Made by a program: the position numbers and the translations under genes | In this document: positions 45,866 through 54,700 of the stretch, piece by piece | Layout: each line of letters starts with the position of its first letter | Numbering within the stretch: position 1 is the stretch's first letter | From: Gammaproteobacteria bacterium | GTDB taxonomy: Bacteria; Pseudomonadota; Gammaproteobacteria; Eutrophobiales; Eutrophobiaceae | Assembly (NCBI GenBank): GCA_965215365.1 | Contig: CBDCDS010000003.1 | Location: 1,248,001 to 1,312,000, forward strand | Direction: 5' to 3' | Length of the DNA stretch: 64,000 nucleotides | Notes under the pieces: generated by a model | Told to the model about the DNA's origin: nothing | What the model saw: the letters and a program-made list of their open reading frames with translations, nothing else | Database searches by the model: none

Positions 45866-48800
45866 TCAGACCACAATAACACCCAGGTCGGCGGCTTGCC
45901 AGCCGTTGGCCACGAAGTTCTCCAGGGTGACGCTGTGGTCACGGTCGGCATCGGTGTAAATCACCAGGTCATCGCCCTGTTCGGTCACGTAGTTGGCCCG
46001 CATGTCCGCCTTGCTGCGGAACGCTACGCCGCGGAACACCAACCAGTCTTGCCAGAGGTCAAAATCGGTCATCACGTCGTTACCGCCGTCGCCATCGATG
46101 TAGAAGAAGTCGAAGCCGCCGCCGCCCGTGAGCACATCGTCGCCGGTGCCGCCGTGCAGAGTGTCTGAGCCCGGCCCGCCGTTGAGGATGTCATCTCCGC
46201 CTCGGCCGTCGAGGCGGTCGCTGCCGCCGTGACCATCGAGGCGGTCGTTGTCGGCGTTGCCGGTGAGAATGTCAGTCGCCACCGTACCGGTCAGCGTCAG
46301 GCCGTTGATGACCGGCAGTGTGCGCGGCACGGGGTCGATCGGCGTGTTGGTATCCGGCGGCGGTGGTGGTGGCGGGTCGTCGTTGTCGGTAATAGTAGCC
46401 GTGCCGGTAGCATCGCCTAAGGTGGCGCCGCTGGGATTAGCCAGGGTGACGGTGAAAGTCTCATCGGGCTCGTCAATGCTGTCGTCTGTGGTGGCTACGG
46501 TGAGGGTCGCACTTTGCTGGCCGGCGGTAATCGTCAGGGTTTGCGCGGTGCTGACACCGGTGTAGTCACTGCCAGCGCTGGCACTGCCGTCGGCGGTGGT
46601 GTAGTCCACGGTGACATCGCTCGTCCATACCTTGTCCAGACTGACGGTGAATTGGGCGTTGGCGCCTTCGGTCACGGTGACATCGTCGATGGATAGCACC
46701 GGCGGTGAGGGTGGTGGCGTGGTATTGGTACCCGGCTGCTGTTGTGCTTCAATTTCTGTCAAGGCCGTTACGACCCGCTCCCAACGCGTCCAGCCCTTAT
46801 CGAGGTAGGTCTGCGCTTCGGTGGCGGTCATGGGCGTGAGGTTAGCAAAGGCCGTATCGGTCTCGCCCAGGGCTTTTAGTGTCCGCTGCCAGCGAGTCAC
46901 GTGCTCGGTGCCCTCGTTGGTCTCGGCGGCATAGCCGCGTATATCGGCAATCAGACCGGCATTAGGGTTGGCCGGGGGTGGCGGGTCGTCGTTGTCGGTG
47001 ACGGTGGCCTCGCCGGTGGCATCGCCCAAGGTGGCGCCGCTGGGATTAGCCAGGGTGACGGTGAAAGTCTCATCGGGCTCGTCAATGCTGTCGTCTGTGG
47101 TGGCTACGGTAATCGTCGCGCTTTGCTGGCCGGCGGCAATCGTCAGGGTTTGCGCGGTGCTGACACCGGTGTAGTCACTGCCAGCGCTGGCACTGCCGTC
47201 GGCGGTGGTGTAGTCCACGGTGACATCACTGCTCCATACCTTGTCCAGACTGACGGTGAATTGGGCATTGCCGCCCTCCGTAACAGTGACATCGTCGATG
47301 GCTACCACCGGCGGTGAGGGCGGTGGTGGTGTGGTATTGGTACCCGGCTGTTGTTGTCCTTCAAGCTCGGTCAAGGCCGTTACGACCCGCTCCCAACGCG
47401 TCCAGCCCTTATCGAGGTAGGTCTGCGCTTCGGTGGCGGTCATGGGCGTGAGGTTAGCAAAGGCCGTGTCGGTCTCGCCCAACGCCTTTAGCGTCCGCTG
47501 CCAGCGGGTCACGTGCTCGGTGCCCTCGTTGGTCTCGGCGGCGTAGCCGCGTATATCGGCAATCAGACCGGCATTAGGGTTGACCGGGGGTGGTGGGTCG
47601 TCGTTGTCGGTGACGGTGGCCTCGCCGGTGGCATCACCTAAGGTGGCGTTGACGGGGTTGCTTAACGTCACTGTAAAAGTCTCATCGGGCTCGTCAATGC
47701 TGTCGTCTGTGGTGGCTACGGTGAGGGTCGCGCTTTGCTGCCCGGCGGCAATCGTCAGGGTTTGCGCGGTGCTGACACCGGTGTAGTCACTGCCGGCGCT
47801 GGCACTGCCGTCGGCGGTGGTGTAGTCCACGGTGACATCACTGCTCCATACCTTGTCCAGACTGACGGTGAATTGGGCATTGCCGCCCTCCGTGACAGTG
47901 ACATCGTCGATGGATACCACTGGCGGTGGCGGCGGTGGCGCTTCGATTTCCCTCAAGGCCGTCACCACCGGGTCCCAGCGCACTGCCCAGTAGGTGTCGG
48001 CCAGCTGCTGCGCTTCGGTGGCGGTCATCGGTGTGAGGCTGGCGAAGGCCGCGTCGGTCTCGCCTAAGGCTTTCAGCACCCGCTGCCAGCGGGTCACATG
48101 CTCGACGCCCTCGTTGGTCTCGGCGGCATAGCCGCGCACCGCGGCGATCAGATCGGCGTAGGGATCCGTATTCGCCAACGTCACCGTGCCGACGCTGTTG
48201 CCCAGCTCTGCGTTGACCGGATTGCTGAGCGTGATGCTGAAGGTCTCGTCCGCCTCGTCAAGCCGGTCGGCCAGGGTAGGCACGGTGATTGCCTTTTGTG
48301 TCTCCCGCGGCCGGAACGTGAGCGGGGTCGCCGCGATGCCGGTGTAATCCGTCCCGGCCAATGCCGTGCCGTCGGCAGTGTGCCAGCTGACCGTCACCGT
48401 CTGCGTGGACGGCGCCGACAGTGTCACCAGCAGTTGCGCCGGCTGGCCCTCTTGCACCTCCAAGTTGTTGACGGATACGGTGGGCATGGGCGCAGCCCCG
48501 AACAGGAAGTCCGCCGCATCCAGGGTGATGCCGGCCTGCCCGGTCAGGGTGATGGTGTTGCCGCTGCCGGCGGTAATCACCCGGTCTTGACCACTGACGC
48601 TGAGCGTCAGGCCGGCAAAGCTCAGGCCGGTGTCACGCAAGTCAATGAGGTCGGCGCCGTCGGTGAAGTCGGTGATGGTATCGGTGCCGAACCCGGTGAG
48701 CCGGTAACGGAAGGTATCGGCGCCAGCGCCGCCGGTCAGGGTGTCGTCCCCGGCGCCACCGTCGAGGATGTCGTCCCCGGCACCGCCGGTCAGGGCGTCA

Positions 48801-49912
48801 TCCCCGGCGCCACCGTCGAGGATGTCGTCCCCGGCACCGCCGGTCAGGGTGTCGTCCCCGGCGCCACCGTCGAGGATGTCGTCCCCGGCACCGCCGGTCA
48901 GGGCGTCATCCCCGGCGCCACCGTCGAGGATGTCATCCCCGTCGCCGCCGTCTAAGGTGTCGTCCCCACCGTTACCCACCAGCGTATTGGCCGCATCGTT
49001 GCCGGTCACGTTGTCATCCCCGTCGCCGCCGAGGAAGTTCTCAATCACCGTATCCTTGTAAATCACCATGGCGCCCTTGGCGCCGAACACGTCAGACACG
49101 GCGCCGGGGCGCAAGTCCACCCGGCTGCCGCGCACGGCGTCGGAATAGTCAAACGTGTCAGTGCCGCCGTCGTCGATGAGGGTAAAAGTCAGCGTGGCCT
49201 GGCTCGCAGCGGGCGTGATGCCCTTCATAATGCCGGCAATTTCGTTCAAGTGGCCACCGGCATTGGAATTAAAACCATATACGGTGTCACCGGTGCGGAT
49301 GTTGTTGCTGTCGCCGTACAACTTCTCAATGGCCAGAATGTCGGCGGTCATGGGCGTGGCCGGATAGGCATAAGCAGCGTCCAGCCAGGTGTTCTCCTTC
49401 TGGTCGAAATAGGACATCGCCGTGAGCTGGTAACTGTCGTTCGCAGAGCGGTTGTCCGTACCGTAACGGGCGCTGCCTTCGTAAGGGCCGGGGTGCCCGA
49501 GGCCGAGCGCGTGGCCGATCTCGTGAATGAATGTATGGAGTCCCGAAGGGTTGGCGGTGTCGCGGTACAAGCTCGGGTGAACATTAACGAGGTAGCTTAT
49601 CCAGCCCTCCTGTCCATAAGATACCCAACGGGCAAATCCGCCGGGCTGGCTGTTCTGGAAAACGATGCCGCGGTCGTTATTCTGATTGTCGTCGGCGCGT
49701 TCGATACTGGTCTCAACAAAGTTCAGGCCGGTGGCCTGCGACCACATATCCAGGGCTTTGCGCACCAGAGCTTTTCCGGTTGCGTCCATGCGCGAGACAT
49801 CCACCGGGATGGGATTACTTTCGGAGGTAGTCCATTTGATAGGGGTAAATTTATACCTGCCATTGACCACGTAATCGGCGATTTGGTCCAGGGTATGAAC
49901 AGGCTTGCTCAT
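45866..49912 (-). CDS. Serralysin-like M10 metalloprotease with RTX repeats, ~4 Calx-beta domains and 3 unnamed repeats
   Basis: HEIGHALGLGH, MSYF Met-turn, GGAGDD nonapeptides, VTEG..ADGSASAGSDY..DDSIDEPDETF. Confidence 0.88.
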   Translation of the reverse strand: MSKPVHTLDQIADYVVNGRYKFTPIKWTTSESNPIPVDVSRMDATGKALVRKALDMWSQATGLNFVETSIERADDNQNNDRGIVFQNSQPGGFARWVSYGQEGWISYLVNVHPSLYRDTANPSGLHTFIHEIGHALGLGHPGPYEGSARYGTDNRSANDSYQLTAMSYFDQKENTWLDAAYAYPATPMTADILAIEKLYGDSNNIRTGDTVYGFNSNAGGHLNEIAGIMKGITPAASQATLTFTLIDDGGTDTFDYSDAVRGSRVDLRPGAVSDVFGAKGAMVIYKDTVIENFLGGDGDDNVTGNDAANTLVGNGGDDTLDGGDGDDILDGGAGDDALTGGAGDDILDGGAGDDTLTGGAGDDILDGGAGDDALTGGAGDDILDGGAGDDTLTGGAGADTFRYRLTGFGTDTITDFTDGADLIDLRDTGLSFAGLTLSVSGQDRVITAGSGNTITLTGQAGITLDAADFLFGAAPMPTVSVNNLEVQEGQPAQLLVTLSAPSTQTVTVSWHTADGTALAGTDYTGIAATPLTFRPRETQKAITVPTLADRLDEADETFSITLSNPVNAELGNSVGTVTLANTDPYADLIAAVRGYAAETNEGVEHVTRWQRVLKALGETDAAFASLTPMTATEAQQLADTYWAVRWDPVVTALREIEAPPPPPPVVSIDDVTVTEGGNAQFTVSLDKVWSSDVTVDYTTADGSASAGSDYTGVSTAQTLTIAAGQQSATLTVATTDDSIDEPDETFTVTLSNPVNATLGDATGEATVTDNDDPPPPVNPNAGLIADIRGYAAETNEGTEHVTRWQRTLKALGETDTAFANLTPMTATEAQTYLDKGWTRWERVVTALTELEGQQQPGTNTTPPPPSPPVVAIDDVTVTEGGNAQFTVSLDKVWSSDVTVDYTTADGSASAGSDYTGVSTAQTLTIAAGQQSATITVATTDDSIDEPDETFTVTLANPSGATLGDATGEATVTDNDDPPPPANPNAGLIADIRGYAAETNEGTEHVTRWQRTLKALGETDTAFANLTPMTATEAQTYLDKGWTRWERVVTALTEIEAQQQPGTNTTPPPSPPVLSIDDVTVTEGANAQFTVSLDKVWTSDVTVDYTTADGSASAGSDYTGVSTAQTLTITAGQQSATLTVATTDDSIDEPDETFTVTLANPSGATLGDATGTATITDNDDPPPPPPPDTNTPIDPVPRTLPVINGLTLTGTVATDILTGNADNDRLDGHGGSDRLDGRGGDDILNGGPGSDTLHGGTGDDVLTGGGGFDFFYIDGDGGNDVMTDFDLWQDWLVFRGVAFRSKADMRANYVTEQGDDLVIYTDADRDHSVTLENFVANGWQAADLGVIVV
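48720..48990. repeat. 54-bp tandem repeats encoding RTX nonapeptide pairs
   Basis: Repeated LDGGAGDD(A/T)LTGGAGDDI. Confidence 0.9.
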
Positions 49913-49942
49913 GGGCGGTTTCTCCTGACGGCGGTTATTCAC

Positions 49943-49986
49943 GGGAACCTTTGAAAATGCCACGGAGGGGATTTTCAGGGGTTCCC
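49943..49986. repeat. Family B palindrome upstream of protease 1
   Basis: GGGAACCTTTGAAAATGCC-ACGGAG-GGGATTTTCAGGGGTTCCC. Confidence 0.75.
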
Positions 49987-50155
49987 ATATTCTAGCAGAC
50001 TGTCGGACTTAGGTCTCGGATGGTGTTATCATACTTGATGATAACCTTTCACGCGTAATTGAGGCTACTGTCCGATACAAAACTTTGTCCAGGCTGATCG
50101 CAACCAACCTTCGCGACTAACAGGTGATGCCCTTGATAATAGAATCGCGACCTCA

Positions 50156-51166
50156 TTAGAAAATCATTCCTTGCCGAGGGTTATTTTCTTTTTTCTGCCT
50201 GCGCTTTTGTTGCTGTTGTTCAGGAAGGGTGTTTCGTTCCCAAAACACACCTTCGTTGTAGCCTTGAATGGAAGAGTCATATCCGGCTGCGTTAATTCTC
50301 TTGCGCGCCCAACACAGGTATTCTTCGTTGATATCTATTCCACACCAGCGCCGGCCCAGCTTCTCTGCAACAACAACGGCTGTGCCGCTGCCTGAAAACG
50401 GATCAAACACAAAATCGTTTTGTTTAGAGCTTGCCAGAACCAGTTTGGCGAATAATTTTTCTGGTTTTTGGGTTGGGTGCGGTGTGTTTTCCGGCATTGA
50501 CCAAAACGGCACTGTTAAATCTGTCCAAATGTTGGATGGGTGTGTCAGCCTGTAATTTCCGTCCCGTTCTTCTTGCCAGTCTTTGGGCGCGCCATTTACA
50601 CGGTAGGGAGCTATAACCTTGCGCTTTAACTTCACAGCTTCCACATCAAAATAATAATTATCCGAATTAGTACAAAACCAAATATCTTCTGTATTATTTT
50701 TCCAGTTTGTTTTCGCTCCTCGCCCCTTTTCTCTCTCCCAGGTGATTCTGTTTCTGACAAAAAAACGTTCTCGCAGAACCGGAAACACAGTGGTTGAGGT
50801 CTGCCAGTCAGCGCATACATACAAGGTGGCATCCGGTTTCATGGTTGGAACAAGCAATTCAAGAATCTTTTCAAACCAGAGAGCATAATTGTCATCCGTG
50901 AGTTTCTTAAAATAATTCCCATCGAAATTCTTTGTCAAATTATACGGCGGATCAAGAATGATCAAATCAGCGAAACTATTTGGAAGATATTGCGCAATTT
51001 CAAAAAAGTCCCCCTTGATCAGACATCGGGATATTCCTTTGAGATCGATACTGGTTTCAGGCCGTAAAATGTCTTTAGAAAGCTCGGTTCTTTCTTCCAT
51101 AGAACAAGACAACGTCCTGTTTCGTTGGGCGGGGCTTTGCATCACGTTGCTCCTCGGAGGTATCAT
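50156..51166 (-). CDS. Orphan beta-class N4/N6 DNA methyltransferase
   Basis: ILDPPYN, HPTQKP and DPFSGSGT motifs; AT-rich; start uncertain. Confidence 0.9.
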   Translation of the reverse strand: MIPPRSNVMQSPAQRNRTLSCSMEERTELSKDILRPETSIDLKGISRCLIKGDFFEIAQYLPNSFADLIILDPPYNLTKNFDGNYFKKLTDDNYALWFEKILELLVPTMKPDATLYVCADWQTSTTVFPVLRERFFVRNRITWEREKGRGAKTNWKNNTEDIWFCTNSDNYYFDVEAVKLKRKVIAPYRVNGAPKDWQEERDGNYRLTHPSNIWTDLTVPFWSMPENTPHPTQKPEKLFAKLVLASSKQNDFVFDPFSGSGTAVVVAEKLGRRWCGIDINEEYLCWARKRINAAGYDSSIQGYNEGVFWERNTLPEQQQQKRRQKKENNPRQGMIF

Positions 51167-51180
51167 TATCGTTGTTTACC

Positions 51181-51736
51181 CACCCAGTGATGCGAAGCTC
51201 GCGCGGGATTAGTCCTGCCTGCCCGGCTCTCAGACCACAATAACACCCAGGTCGGCGGCTTGCCAGCCGTTGGCCACGAAGTCCTCCAGGGTGACGCTGT
51301 GGTCACGGTCGGCATCGGTGTAAATCACCAGGTCATCGCCCTGTTCGGTCACGTAGTTGGCCCGCATGTCCGCCTTGCTGCGGAACGCTACGCCGCGGAA
51401 CACCAACCAGTCTTGCCAGAGGTCAAAATCGGTCATCACGTCGTTACCGCCGTCGCCATCGATGTAGAAGAAGTCGAAGCCGCCGCCGCCCGTGAGCACA
51501 TCGTCGCCGGTGCCGCCGTGCAGAGTGTCTGAGCCCGGCCCGCCGTTGAGGATGTCATCTCCGCCTCGGCCGTCGAGGCGGTCGCTGCCGCCGTGACCAT
51601 CGAGGCGGTCGTTGTCGGCGTTGCCGGTGAGAATGTCAGTCGCCACCGTACCGGTCAGCGTCAGGCCGTTGATGACCGGCAGTGTGCGCGGCACGGGGTC
51701 GATCGGCGTGTTGGTATCCGGCGGCGGTGGCGGTGG
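51181..51736. repeat. ~550-bp direct repeat of 45817-46372
   Basis: Near-identical 3' ends of both protease genes plus the downstream MITE-A fragment; offset 5364 bp. Confidence 0.9.
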
Positions 51737-54700
51737 CGGTGGTGGTGGCGGGTCGTCGTTGTCGGTGACGGTGGCCTCGCCGCTGGCATCACCTAAGGTG
51801 GCATTGACGGGGTTGCTTAACGTCACTGTGAAAGTCTCGTCTGTCTCATCCGTACTATCGTCTGTGGTTTGCACGGTGATGGTCGCGCTTGACTGCCCGG
51901 CGGCGATGCTGGTGCTCTGACCGGCGCGCGCCGTGTAGTCGCTGCCGGCTGAGGCGGTGCCGTCGCTCGTCGCCCAGCTCACCGTGACGGCCTTACCAGA
52001 GACGGCGTCAAGGGAAATCGTAAACTGCGCCGTACCGCCCTCGGTGACGGTGACATCACCGATGGACAGCGCCGGTGGGTTGTCATTGTCGGTAATAGTA
52101 GCCGTGCCGGTGGCATCACCTAAGGTGGCGCCGCTGGGATTAGCCAGGGTGACGGTGAAAGTCTCATCGGGCTCGTCAATGCTGTCGTCTGTGGTGGCTA
52201 CGGTGAGGGTCGCGCTTTGCTGCCCGGCGGTAATCGTCAGGGTTTGCGCGGTGCTGACACCAGTGTAGTCACTGCCGGCGCTAGCGCTGCCGTCGGCGGT
52301 GGTGTAGTCCACGGTGACATCACTGCTCCATACCTTGTCCAGACTGACGGTGAACTGGGCATTGCCGCCCTCCGTGACAGTGACATCGTCGATGGCTACC
52401 ACCGGCGGTGAGGGCGGTGGTGGTGTGGTATTGGTATCCGGCTGTTGTTGTGCTTCAAGCTCGGTCAAGGCCGTTACGACCCGCTCCCAACGCGTCCAGC
52501 CCTTATCGAGGTAGGTCTGCGCTTCGGTGGCGGTCATGGGCGTGAGGTTAGCAAAGGCCGTATCGGTCTCGCCCAGGGCTTTTAGTGTCCGCTGCCAGCG
52601 AGTCACGTGCTCGGTGCCCTCGTTGGTCTCGGCGGCATAGCCGCGTATATCGGCAATCAGACCGGCATTAGGGTTGGCCGGGGGTGGCGGGTCGTCGTTG
52701 TCGGTGACGGTGGCCTCGCCGGTGGCATCACCTAAGGTGGCGTTGACGGGGTTGCTTAACGTCACTGTGAAAGTCTCGTCTGTCTCATCCGTACTATCGT
52801 CTGTGGTTTGCACGGTGATGGTCGCGCTTGACTGCCCGGCGGCGATGCTGGTGCTCTGACCGGCGCGCGCCGTGTAGTCGCTGCCGGCTGAGGCGGTGCC
52901 GTCGCTCGTCGCCCAGCTCACCGTGACGGCCTTACCAGAGACGGCGTCAAGGGAAATCGTAAACTGCGCCGTACCGCCCTCGGTGACGGTGACATCACCG
53001 ATGGACAGCGCCGGTGGGTTGTCATTGTCGGTAATAGTAGCCGTGCCGGTGGCATCACCTAAGGTGGCGCCGCTGGGATTAGCCAGGGTGACGGTGAAGG
53101 CCTCATCGGGCTCGTCAATGCTGTCGTCTGTGGTGGCTACGGTGAGGGTCGCGCTTTGCTGCCCGGCGGCAATCGTCAGGGTTTGCGCGGTGCTGACACC
53201 AGTGTAGTCACTGCCAGCGCTGGCACTGCCGTCGGCGGTGGTGTAGTCCACGGTGACATCACTGCTCCATACCTTGTCCAGACTGACGGTGAACTGGGCA
53301 TTGCCGCCCTCCGTGACAGTGACATCGTCGATGGATACCACCGGCGGTGAGGGCGGTGGTGGTGTGGTATTGGTACCCGGCTGTTGTTGTCCTTCGATCT
53401 CGGTCAAGGCCGTTACGACCCGCTCCCAACGCGTCCAGCCCTTATCGAGGTAGGTCTGCGCTTCGGTGGCGGTCATGGGCGTGAGGTTAGCAAAGGCCGT
53501 ATCGGTCTCGCCCAGGGCTTTTAGTGTCCGCTGCCAGCGAGTCACGTGCTCGGTGCCCTCGTTGGTCTCGGCGGCGTAGCCGCGTATATCGGCAATCAGA
53601 CCGGCATTAGGGTTGGCCGGGGGTGGCGGGTCGTCGTTGTCGGTGACGGTGGCCTCGCCGGTGGCATCACCTAAGGTGGCATTGACGGGGTTGCTTAACG
53701 TCACGGTGAAAGTCTCGTCTGTCTCATCCGTACTATCGTCTGTGGTTTGCACGGTGATGGTCGCGCTTGACTGCCCGGCGGCGATGCTGGTGCTCTGACC
53801 GGCGCGCGCCGTGTAGTCGCTGCCGGCTGAGGCGGTGCCGTCGCTCGTCGCCCAGCTCACCGTGACGGCCTTACCAGAGACGGCGTCAAGGGAAATCGTA
53901 AACTGCGCCGTACCGCCCTCGGTGACGGTGACATCACCGATGGACAGCGCCGGTGGGTTGTCATTGTCGGTAATAGTAGCCGTGCCGGTGGCATCACCTA
54001 AGGTGGCGCCGCTGGGATTAGCCAGGGTGACGGTGAAGGCCTCATCGGGCTCGTCAATGCTGTCGTCTGTGGTGGCTACGGTGAGGGTCGCGCTTTGCTG
54101 CCCGGCGGCAATCGTCAGGGTTTGCGCGGTGCTGACACCGGTGTAGTCACTGCCGGCGCTGGCACTGCCGTCGGCGGTGGTGTAGTCCACGGTGACATCG
54201 CTCGTCCACGCCTTGTCCAGACTGACGGTGAATTGGGCATTGCCGCCTTCGGTCACGGTGACATCGTCGATGGATACCACCGGCTGCTGCTGTAGTGCTT
54301 CAATTTCTGTCAAGGCCGTCACTACCGGGCTCCAGCGTGCCGCCGAGTAGGTGTCGGCCAACTGCTGCGCTTCGGTGGCGGTCATTGGTGTAAGGTTGGC
54401 GAAGGCCGCGTCGGTCTCGCCCAGGGCTTTCAGCACCCGCTGCCAGCGGAGCACATGCGCATCGCCGTTACCGGTTTCGGCGGCATAGCCGCGCACGTCG
54501 GCAATCAGTTCGGGGATATCCACCGCGATGGTTATCTTACCGACGGCGTCACCGAGCACCGCGCCGACCGCATCGGACAGCGTCACCGTCAACGGGGTGT
54601 TCGCCGTTAGCAGCTGTAACGCCTGCGCAGTTTGCCCCGCCGCAATTTTTACCTCGCCCCACTGCCCGTCGGACGCCGTCCATAGCAGCTGTACGAAGTC

